DNA from: Deltaproteobacteria bacterium
GTDB lineage: Bacteria; Desulfobacterota; JAJRXV01
Length of the DNA: 23,566 bases
NCBI GenBank assembly: GCA_024275075.1
Contig: JAJRZU010000157.1
Span: 1 to 23,566, forward strand
Direction: 5' to 3'
A program made the position numbers and the translations under genes. The notes under the pieces are model-generated. The model ran no database searches. It was not told the DNA's origin and saw nothing but the letters and a program-made list of their open reading frames with translations. Every line of letters begins with the position of its first letter. The first letter of the stretch is position 1. Below, piece by piece: positions 16,715 to 23,566 of the stretch.

Positions 16715-17296
16715 TCAGACAAGCTTTATCACTCCATGCTCCTGCAAATCCCTGATAACTCTGGAGAGCGGGAGCCCGACAACATTAGTATACGAACCGG
16801 TGATCTCCTCCACCATAAACGCGCCGATACCCTGTACTGCATAGCCGCCGGCTTTGTCGTACGGTTCATCGGTGTTGACATAAAACCGCGTCTCATCTTC
16901 TGAAAGCTTCTTTATCTTCACCTTCGAGACAACACAGTCGCCAAGGAGCCTGCCGCGGTTCACGTTCTGCAAACAATAACCGGTATAGACCTCATGCACT
17001 CTGCCGCCCAACAGGTCTAACATACGCCTCGCCCCGCGCTTGTCCTCAGGCTTACCAAGTATCCTGCCGTCGAGCACAACGACAGTGTCCGCCGCCAGTA
17101 CCCACGCGTCAGGGTGAGTATCCGCTATCTTTGCCGCCTTCTTCTTAGACAGGCGGATAACATGCTCCTTTGGGCGCTCACCATTCATATAGTCTTCATC
17201 TACATGGGATGGTATGACATCAATGTCAATCCCCATGGCGCGAAGCATCTTTATCCTTCTTGGTGATGATGACGCTAAAATAAGATCCGCCCCCAA
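16715..17296 (-). CDS. maf: Maf-like nucleoside triphosphate pyrophosphatase (septum formation protein Maf)
   Basis: 193 aa. LILASSSPRRIKML is the Maf N-terminal signature. Length and the rest of the sequence are consistent with Maf. Confidence 0.85.
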   Translation of the reverse strand: MGADLILASSSPRRIKMLRAMGIDIDVIPSHVDEDYMNGERPKEHVIRLSKKKAAKIADTHPDAWVLAADTVVVLDGRILGKPEDKRGARRMLDLLGGRVHEVYTGYCLQNVNRGRLLGDCVVSKVKIKKLSEDETRFYVNTDEPYDKAGGYAVQGIGAFMVEEITGSYTNVVGLPLSRVIRDLQEHGVIKLV

Positions 17297-17312
17297 CTAT
17301 ACCTCGCTTATA

Positions 17313-17516
17313 TTATTTAATACATTGAATAAAATAGTAAATCGATCTGTTAAACTTCTTCTCAGCCTCTTCGGGAAAGAAGCAGCCGGGTAACTCTTCC
17401 CGCCCCTTATGATAAGAGACACACTTGCAACAGTTGCCTCTGCGCGAGCAGCTTGTATAAGTGCATGTACACTCTTTTAAGGTCGATTCTTTGCCGCATT
17501 CCATGGTTTTATGCAC
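17313..17516 (-). CDS. small cysteine-rich protein (9 Cys in 67 aa), possibly metal-binding; hypothetical
   Basis: MHKTMECGKESTLKECTCTYTSCSRRGNCCKCVSYHKGREELPGCFFPEE. It sits 16 nt upstream of maf on the same strand. The alternative start at the second Met (MECGKE) gives 63 aa. Confidence 0.5.
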   Translation of the reverse strand: MHKTMECGKESTLKECTCTYTSCSRRGNCCKCVSYHKGREELPGCFFPEEAEKKFNRSIYYFIQCIK

Positions 17517-17750
17517 CCCCCAGAATAAAAAAATGTGGAATTATTATGACTTATATCTGAACATGATTAAATATTGTGCAAATATTTTTTACTTCGTTGT
17601 TATTACTACGTTATTTAGATTGCATATATTTTAAGCAAAATGCTGTTTTTCTCTATTTTATGCTGTTAAACCAGCCTCACTAACAATGAATTGCACATGT
17701 TATCAACAGTTTTTGTCAATAAATACTCATTATCGATACCGGTGTATTTC

Positions 17751-17766
17751 AACAGGCGCGCCTGTT
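17751..17766. other. perfect 16-bp GC-rich palindrome AACAGGCGCGCCTGTT (hairpin)
   Basis: It lies 50 nt 3' of the - strand gene ending at 17818. It is followed on the + strand by TTTTAT. It may act as a terminator or processing hairpin, or as a protein-binding site. Confidence 0.4.
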
Positions 17767-17817
17767 TTATCTCTGTGTTTGATTCCCCGCATCCCGCCAT
17801 TGAAAAAATCAGCGGAA

Positions 17818-18501
17818 TCACCTTATTTTTACGCGCACATTTTCATTATAAGAGTACCAACTATTAAAGTCAAAGTAAACATCTATATTCCATATAATTT
17901 TCGGGCGGTCTCTTTCAAGTTTCAAGTGTGTGCTTTGAGCGTCATCGGGTAATGTAAGCTGTTTTTCGTATGAATAGCGTTCATCACGCGCTGAAATATC
18001 CCCACCAAGCACGATCTCTTGTTTGAATGGCGTCTCAACGCTGATAGATTCAAAGTCCAGCACTTCGAGTATCGACTCTTTGCGTAACGAAAGGACTAAC
18101 CTGACCTCTTTTAACTCCCGCTTCCTTAGCTGGAAGCTGACATTGACTTTTATCTTATCACCAGAGGCATATTCATCCTTATCCACTTCACAGCTCAAAT
18201 CGTTCAGGCAGCTCCTGATTTGCGCGTTACGTATATATGCCAAAAGGAATATAACGAATGTCAACCAGAACGTAACGGCGAATCCAGTCATGATAAAGGT
18301 GACGACATAATAGACCAGATGCCTTTTGGCCGGATACTTCACCATGTTTATGACAAGCTCCGCCGTAGATATAGTCGCCCCGAAAGCGAGGATGAATGAA
18401 AGCGCGGCAAAAAGACGCATCCTTATCTTCGTAGTTCGCTCTTTGACGCTCGCGATCCTGATTATCTCTTCAATGAACCTTGTCTTGAAAATCTCATCCA
18501 T
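17818..18501 (-). CDS. hypothetical membrane protein (two TM helices plus a C-terminal beta-rich soluble domain of about 120 aa)
   Basis: 227 aa. TM segments are FAALSFILAFGATISTAELVINMV and LVYYVVTFIMTGFAVTFWLTFVIFLLAY. The start is 4 nt after the folC stop (TGAATAATG). I recognise no conserved family. Confidence 0.5.
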   Translation of the reverse strand: MDEIFKTRFIEEIIRIASVKERTTKIRMRLFAALSFILAFGATISTAELVINMVKYPAKRHLVYYVVTFIMTGFAVTFWLTFVIFLLAYIRNAQIRSCLNDLSCEVDKDEYASGDKIKVNVSFQLRKRELKEVRLVLSLRKESILEVLDFESISVETPFKQEIVLGGDISARDERYSYEKQLTLPDDAQSTHLKLERDRPKIIWNIDVYFDFNSWYSYNENVRVKIR

Positions 18502-18504
18502 TAT

Positions 18505-19449
18505 TCAGTCACCTTTTTTCAGATATTTGAGCGCGTCACCAACGGTGAATAAAGAACCTGAGACAAAGATAATCGAGCCGTCCTCGTACAGGTCATACGC
18601 ACGATCCAACGCGCTTTTGACATCAGGTACACTTATCACATTCGCGTCGCTTTCAAAGCCGGTTAGCAGTTTATTCGGGTCCGCCGCGCGGTTTATCGCC
18701 GGTTTGGTCAGGATGACGGTATCAGACACGCCGCACACGCGCTTTAGTATGCCCGCGGTATCCTTGTCACTCATCACACCGATAACGCTTATGATCCTCT
18801 TACCCGCGAAGTTAGCCTTGAGCGTATCGATCGCGGTGCGCATCGACGCGTCATTATGCGCGCCATCTAATATAAGAAGCGGATCGTCAGAAAAGAGATC
18901 GAACCGCCCCGCCCACTTCACGTCGCCAAGCCCGCTTCGTATGCTCCACTCCCCCACCAAAAAGCCGCTACCCTCAATCAGTTCGGTCGCGGCTATCGCC
19001 AGTGAGAAGTTGTCAAACTGGTGCCCACCCATGAGGCTCTTCTTGATACCGCTGTACGATCTGTTGATACCGGTATAATCAAACGTATCCGCACCGATCT
19101 TCGTATACGTAAAATCGCGGTGGAGCTGGTACACCTTCGCGTCCATAGCATCCGCGGCAGCCTCGATGACTTCCCGCGCCCGCTCATCATTTACGCCTGA
19201 GATAACCTCCGCGCCCCTTTTTATGATACCCGCTTTCTCCTTCGCGATCTTTGCTATTGTGTCGCCAAGGTAGCGCTGGTGCTCCATCGATATGCTCGTC
19301 AAAACGCTCACTGTAGGCGTTACAACGTTTGTCGCGTCGAGCCGCCCCCCCATACCGGTCTCTATCACCGCGATATCCACTCCCTTTAACATGAAGTAAT
19401 AAAACGCTATTGCAGTAGTATACTCAAAAAAAGTTATCTCGCAATCCAA
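18505..19449 (-). CDS. folC: bifunctional folylpolyglutamate synthase / dihydrofolate synthase, C-terminal 314 aa (after an in-frame TAG at 19510-19512)
   Basis: ETGMGGRLDATNVV, AKEKAGIIK and ILDGAHNDAS are Mur-ligase/FolC motifs. It is in the same frame as the N-terminal fragment. Confidence 0.85.
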   Translation of the reverse strand: MDCEITFFEYTTAIAFYYFMLKGVDIAVIETGMGGRLDATNVVTPTVSVLTSISMEHQRYLGDTIAKIAKEKAGIIKRGAEVISGVNDERAREVIEAAADAMDAKVYQLHRDFTYTKIGADTFDYTGINRSYSGIKKSLMGGHQFDNFSLAIAATELIEGSGFLVGEWSIRSGLGDVKWAGRFDLFSDDPLLILDGAHNDASMRTAIDTLKANFAGKRIISVIGVMSDKDTAGILKRVCGVSDTVILTKPAINRAADPNKLLTGFESDANVISVPDVKSALDRAYDLYEDGSIIFVSGSLFTVGDALKYLKKGD

Positions 19450-19512
19450 ATTAAGCGCGGCTTTCTTCTCCCGAATGATTCGGGTAATGTCGATAACGCT
19501 CGCATCGTCGAT

Positions 19513-19779
19513 CTAGCCGCCGCCCGCGCGTATCCTCTCATTAAAATCGATAAGGTGGGGAGAAGTGTACAGACCGACTCTATAGCCGCTCTTTGTCAGC
19601 ATGGACTCTATCGCGGCGGCGGTAGACCCTTTCCCGTTAGTACCGGCGATGTGGATAGTCTTGTATTTTTCCTGCGGGGAAGAGAGGGCGGCGAGCAGCT
19701 TACGAATATTTGTGAGCCCGAGCTTGATACCGAATTTCTGCAGGTTGAAAAGATAATCGATCGTCTCTTTGTAATCCAT
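19513..19779 (-). CDS. folC: folC N-terminal fragment (ATP-binding P-loop region), ending at an in-frame TAG
   Basis: MDYKETIDYLFNLQKFGIKLGL...HIAGTNGKGSTAA...YTSPHLIDFNERIRAGGG* matches the FolC N-terminus, including the GTNGKGST P-loop. The ORF table starts at TTG 19815; ATG 19779 aligns better with FolC N-termini. Confidence 0.8.
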   Translation of the reverse strand: MDYKETIDYLFNLQKFGIKLGLTNIRKLLAALSSPQEKYKTIHIAGTNGKGSTAAAIESMLTKSGYRVGLYTSPHLIDFNERIRAGGG

Positions 19780-19820
19780 CAAATCATTTCTTTGCCGGTC
19801 GATGCTGATAAACAAAACAG

Positions 19821-19877
19821 GCGCTTAGTGAAATACAGGGCGCTTAGTGAAATACAGGGCGCTTAGTGAAATACAGG
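19821..19877. repeat. three tandem 19-bp repeats (GCGCTTAGTGAAATACAGG) between the cytochrome c gene and folC
   Basis: Three perfect head-to-tail copies lie 40-100 nt upstream of the folC start on the - strand. They are followed by the 8-bp inverted repeat CAGGGCGC...GCGCCCTG. Confidence 0.9.
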
Positions 19878-19906
19878 GTATACTATTCATTACAATGCGC
19901 CCTGCC

Positions 19907-20167
19907 CTATTCCCCTGGCTCAGGTTGCGGGGCATGGCAGCCATAGCACCTTGTCCTTTTTACATGAGTATCGGGTATCGGGTACTCGCCGCCCTTGAAA
20001 TGGCACTTCCCGCATTCTTTGTGCATATCCCTTTTGGTAGTCGCTTTCACGGCATTCAGGTGCGTCTCGTCTGCGGGATAGTAAGAGCCCTTCTTCTCAG
20101 GCGCCATAAGGAGTACCGTTAGTACCGCCGCCATCACCAAAACGAAGGCCACATGCTTCTTTAACAT
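19907..20167 (-). CDS. small dihaem c-type cytochrome (signal peptide plus two CXXCH motifs)
   Basis: 86 aa. Signal peptide is MLKKHVAFVLVMAAVLTVLLMA. Haem-binding motifs are CGKCH and CYGCH. Confidence 0.6.
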   Translation of the reverse strand: MLKKHVAFVLVMAAVLTVLLMAPEKKGSYYPADETHLNAVKATTKRDMHKECGKCHFKGGEYPIPDTHVKRTRCYGCHAPQPEPGE

Positions 20168-20433
20168 ATAATCCCCTTCTATGAATCGTTAGTTCATCAA
20201 AGCCATTTTATTGCAAGTAAATTTATAGCAAGTAAATTAAAAAAAATCAAATCAAATAAAATATAATATAATATTAAGCGCCTCTGAACGGCTAATAAAA
20301 GTCAGTTTTTATTTCATTGCAATGACGAGCCGCGCAAAGATGTCTTATTAATGGGATAACGAAAGGATCAGTAGCCTCTGTGGTTAAATAGAAAAACTAC
20401 GGGGCATATATCGATGAGTGTAGAAAATATGAA

Positions 20434-20462
20434 TTGACATTAAATGCTGTTTTGTCTATTAT
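20434..20462 (+). promoter_or_regulatory. sigma-70 promoter for the TPR lipoprotein gene (-35 TTGACA 20434-20439, 17-nt spacer, -10 TATTAT 20457-20462)
   Basis: Consensus -35, a 17-nt spacer and a near-consensus -10. The ATG at 20497, with RBS aggaggtgggg, lies about 30 nt downstream of the predicted TSS. Confidence 0.55.
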
Positions 20463-20496
20463 TTGGATGTTATTAATATTAACAGGAGGTGGGGAT

Positions 20497-21126
20497 ATGA
20501 GAAAGGCTTACATAATTGTACTTGCATTATCAACGTTTTTGTTCTTTATCGGGTGCGCGGATAAAGTCGAGAAATCCGACAAGCAGTATAAGAAAGGCGT
20601 AGACGCCCTGCAGGAAGGTAAAACCGATGATGCGAAGAAGTTGTTCAAGAAAGCGATCACGACAAACCCGGACAACGCGAGGGCATTGTTCCAGCTTGGT
20701 ATTATACACTCTAGGATACCAGAGAATATCGAGATCGCGATAAGCTACTTAAAGCAAAGTACTGACATATTCCCGAAAAATGAAGTGGCTCATTATACAT
20801 TAGCGTCCTTGTATGGGGAGAAGGGTCTTGTAGAATATGAGATATCTGAGTTACTTAAGACGATCGCGATAAATAATGACAACGATGGCGCGCACTATAA
20901 TCTTGGCGTCATATATGCTCAGAAGGGTCTTTATGACGAAGCGCTCGTTGAATTCAACGAGGTGTTGCGCATAAACCCGAAAGATACAGGTGCGATGCTT
21001 AATACCGGTATCGCGTATTTAAGGAAAGGGGAAAAAGATAAAGCGATCGGGGTCAGGGATAAGCTCAAGGGCATGAACGAGAAACTGGCTGATACTTTAA
21101 CTAAACTACTCGATCAGATCAAGTGA
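20497..21126 (+). CDS. TPR-repeat lipoprotein
   Basis: MRKAYIIVLALSTFLFFIGC has a lipobox (FFIGC). At least 4 TPR units follow (AKKLFKKAITTNPDNARALFQLGII, AHYTLASLYGEKG, AHYNLGVIYAQKGLYDEALVEFNEVLRINPKD). The ORF table start at TTG 20434 is the -35 element; the true start is ATG 20497. Confidence 0.7.
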   Translation: MRKAYIIVLALSTFLFFIGCADKVEKSDKQYKKGVDALQEGKTDDAKKLFKKAITTNPDNARALFQLGIIHSRIPENIEIAISYLKQSTDIFPKNEVAHYTLASLYGEKGLVEYEISELLKTIAINNDNDGAHYNLGVIYAQKGLYDEALVEFNEVLRINPKDTGAMLNTGIAYLRKGEKDKAIGVRDKLKGMNEKLADTLTKLLDQIK

Positions 21127-21213
21127 AGCGGCATATTATGAGTGAGATTAAGAATATAATCAACTACTTTGCGGCAAGCTGTCTGGGTGTCAGGTTTAAG
21201 CCTCAAAGCAAGC

Positions 21214-21267
21214 TGCGGGGAATTAAACCCGCAAAAAAAAAACAGGTGAGCCTGTTGAAAGTTTTTT
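21214..21267 (+). other. two hairpins flanking an A10 tract: GCGGG-N8-CCCGC, A10, then AACAGG-TGAG-CCTGTT followed by GAAAG-TTTTTT
   Basis: It lies about 90 nt after the TPR lipoprotein stop and immediately before or at the 5' end of the DUF3857 gene. It may be a weak intrinsic terminator or attenuator. The A10 homopolymer is at 21233-21242. Confidence 0.4.
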
Positions 21268-23402
21268 CGCTTTTCTTTTTGTTTCTTTGTATCGCATCTG
21301 TTTCAAAGGCAGACCTCCTTATCACAAACAGCGGCAGAGAACTTAAAGGCGAAGTAAAAAGCATTGACAGCGAATCTGTAACTATCATCGTCAACAATGA
21401 AGAGAAGGTCTTAAAAAAAGGCGATATATTAAGGATAGACTTTACGAAGGATATCTCCGCAGACAGCGCCGTACCCTTGTCTGCTCTGAATGATACGCTC
21501 CTTAGCGACGCCGTCTCGAAGAAGGTAGCCCCCGCGGATTACCCGAACGCCGGTTATATAAAACTCTACAGCGAGCGGCAGTTTACCTATACAAAAGAAG
21601 GCGCTTTCATAGCGACATACCGTGAGATCAGGCAGATATTGCAAGAGCGCGGCAAGAATACCGGTATAGTAACCTTTGCGTATAAGAAGGGGGTTCAGAC
21701 CGCTAAAGTCGATTATGGCAGAACGGTGAACGATGAGCTTGTCTTTAAACCAGAAAACGCTAAAAACAGCATCTATAAAAGGATGGTCACCGACTATGAC
21801 CAGTCCTCTTACCGGGAATCCTCATACTTTTACCGGTACCCTGACTATGACAAGATGATGAGGATCAAATTCCCACTGCCAAACATAGTCGTCGGGTCCG
21901 TCATCGATTATCAGTTTACCGTTGAGCAGCGCATCATCGACACATTCGAACCGGTATTCAAAGAGGTCTACTTTTCGAGCAATGAACCGGTACTAAAGCA
22001 ACGCCTGATAATCAGGCGCCCGAAAGATTCCGGCGATCTGAAGATATCGTCGCGCCTCATGGGGCAGGCGGGAAGCGACTTCACCTATACTGAGAAGGAA
22101 GATGGCGAATATACTGTAATCACTTATGAAAAAGAGAACATCAAACCAGTGGAAGATGAATCGTATATGCCGTCAGACGAGATGATAATGCCAAGGGTGA
22201 TAGTATCGCTAAGCCCGAATCTCAAGGATATCGCCAAAGCGTACAGCAGGCGGCTTGAGAGGCTCCTTTTCATCAACGATGAGATAAGGGGCAAACTCTA
22301 TGAAATATTGATCGGCGCTGACGGCAGGGAAGACAAGGTATTCAGGATATACGATTATATATCAAAGGAGATAAGCGAGATACCGATCAGCCCTGAATAT
22401 TTCAGTTACCTGCCGAAAAAGAGCGATTACATATTCAGCAAAAAATCCGGTAGCAGTATCGATAAGGTGTTTATGTTATACGCTTTTTTACAGGCGGCGG
22501 ATATTGCGTGCGATTTCGCGCTGGTGCGGGACAGGAACGCCGGCGGTATATTCATGGAGAATCAGTCTATCAGGCAGTTCGGGTATCCGGTAATCATCGT
22601 ACCGCTTGATATCACTACCTTGTATATCACCGCGTTAGACAGGAACCTGACGATAAGGGATATCGACAGCTATTTGCAGGGCGGTGAATATATTATCGTA
22701 TCTGGTGATACAAGCGGCGAAGTCCGCAAGCTCCCGCTGAGGTCACCAGAGCGGGAGAGTATCTCTGACAGTTATGAGATAGAGCTTTTTGAGGACGGCG
22801 GCATTATGGTGCTCGAAAAGAGGACGGCTGCCGGTAACAAGCAGGGCTCCCTGAGACGCTACCAGTATATGCCGAAAAAGAACCTCAGGCAGGCTATGGT
22901 CAAGCGTACGCACCGGATTCACCCTAATGCTGAGTTAAAGGACTATAAATTCAAAAATTTAAGCGACCTGTCAAAAGCGCCGGAGATGGAGATAAAGTAC
23001 AGTATCGATGATTATATGATCTCCGCAGGCGACAGGTTATTCGCCTTCCAGTTGCCATCGCTCTCTTACTCCGCCTACGGGGTCGCGAAGAGTACGCGGA
23101 AGTTCCCCGTCAGCTTCGGACTGCCGATTATGACCAAAAAGAGTTATACGATAAAACTACCAAAGAACTATAAGATATACTATATGCCCGATAAATTCTC
23201 ATATAAATCCGATAACTTCACCTATGAAGCCGCATACGAAGCGAATGGAGATACTATCGTCTTTAAGGATTCATATAAAAGAGCGGATACCTTTATGCCG
23301 AAGGAAGCCTACTACGAGCTGAAAAAGTGTCTTGAGACCAGGGCGGACGTAGCCAAGGGATGGATAGTCATCGAAAGGGAGCCAAACGCTCCACCGAATT
23401 AA
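21246..23402 (+). CDS. DUF3857 / transglutaminase-like (probably catalytically inactive) / DUF3858-type secreted protein
   Basis: A signal peptide (V/M)SLLKVFSLFFLFLCIASVSKA follows GTG 21246. The central region YIFSKKSGSSIDKVFMLYAFLQAADIACDFALVRD resembles the transglutaminase core, with Ser where the catalytic Cys is expected. The ORF table gives a longer version from GTG 21123, and ATG 21138 is also possible. The 5' 120 nt carry two hairpins and an A10 tract. Confidence 0.55.
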   Translation: MSLLKVFSLFFLFLCIASVSKADLLITNSGRELKGEVKSIDSESVTIIVNNEEKVLKKGDILRIDFTKDISADSAVPLSALNDTLLSDAVSKKVAPADYPNAGYIKLYSERQFTYTKEGAFIATYREIRQILQERGKNTGIVTFAYKKGVQTAKVDYGRTVNDELVFKPENAKNSIYKRMVTDYDQSSYRESSYFYRYPDYDKMMRIKFPLPNIVVGSVIDYQFTVEQRIIDTFEPVFKEVYFSSNEPVLKQRLIIRRPKDSGDLKISSRLMGQAGSDFTYTEKEDGEYTVITYEKENIKPVEDESYMPSDEMIMPRVIVSLSPNLKDIAKAYSRRLERLLFINDEIRGKLYEILIGADGREDKVFRIYDYISKEISEIPISPEYFSYLPKKSDYIFSKKSGSSIDKVFMLYAFLQAADIACDFALVRDRNAGGIFMENQSIRQFGYPVIIVPLDITTLYITALDRNLTIRDIDSYLQGGEYIIVSGDTSGEVRKLPLRSPERESISDSYEIELFEDGGIMVLEKRTAAGNKQGSLRRYQYMPKKNLRQAMVKRTHRIHPNAELKDYKFKNLSDLSKAPEMEIKYSIDDYMISAGDRLFAFQLPSLSYSAYGVAKSTRKFPVSFGLPIMTKKSYTIKLPKNYKIYYMPDKFSYKSDNFTYEAAYEANGDTIVFKDSYKRADTFMPKEAYYELKKCLETRADVAKGWIVIEREPNAPPN

Positions 23403-23566
23403 GGGAGCCAAACGCTCCACCGAATTAAGGGAGCCAAACGCTCCACCGAAATAAGGGAGCCAAACGCTCCACCGAAATAAGGGAGCCAAACGCTCCACCG
23501 AAATAAGGGAGCCAAACGCTCCACCGAAATAAGGGAGCCAAACGCTCCACCGAAATAAGGGAGCCA
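23377..23566. repeat. tandem array of a 26-bp unit GGGAGCCAAACGCTCCACCGAA(T/A)TAA, at least 7.3 copies, continuing beyond the window end
   Basis: The first unit is the last 8 codons plus the stop of the DUF3857 gene. Units 1-2 read GAATTAA and units 3-7 read GAAATAA. Each unit can form the hairpin GGAGC-CAAAC-GCTCC. There are no spacers, so it is not CRISPR-like. Confidence 0.9.

Noticed and set aside
23377-23566. Terminal 26-bp repeat array as a CRISPR array
   Set aside because: The units are contiguous with no unique spacers between them. The first unit is coding sequence. No cas genes are in view.

Overview
This ~23.6 kb window looks like a chromosomal segment of a diderm bacterium, since lpxC is present. 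GC content appears to be in the mid-40s and the region is gene dense. It contains: (1) On the + strand, 1-8489, the 3' end of rpoN followed by a tightly packed sigma-54-associated regulatory and PTS operon. Its order is hpf, ptsN (EIIA-Ntr), hprK, rapZ, a complete mannose-family PTS (EIIA, EIIB, EIIC, EIID), ptsH (HPr) and ptsI (Enzyme I). Several junctions overlap as ATGA or TTGA, consistent with translational coupling. (2) On the - strand, 8838-12282, a class-V PLP aminotransferase and GT4 glycosyltransferase pair, then lpxC. A tRNA-Arg(UCG) lies at 12848-12924. (3) A long - strand gene string from 20167 down to 13109. Its order is a small dihaem cytochrome c, folC, a 2-TM hypothetical, a small Cys-rich protein, maf, an SPFH/flotillin-like protein, a secreted TPR plus parallel beta-helix protein and a small membrane protein. 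(4) On the + strand, 20497-23402, a TPR lipoprotein and a DUF3857/transglutaminase-like protein, followed by a 26-bp tandem repeat array that runs off the window end. The most unusual observations follow. Three conserved genes (PTS EIIA-Man, a GT4 glycosyltransferase and folC) each carry one in-frame premature stop codon (TAG, TAA, TAG), with the conserved protein continuing in the same frame. A near-consensus sigma-54 promoter (TGGCAC-N5-TTGC) sits upstream of lpxC. Three unrelated short tandem repeat arrays sit at promoter-proximal or gene-end positions. An A10 homopolymer lies at the 5' end of the DUF3857 gene. No mobile elements, CRISPR arrays or recognisable defence genes were seen.
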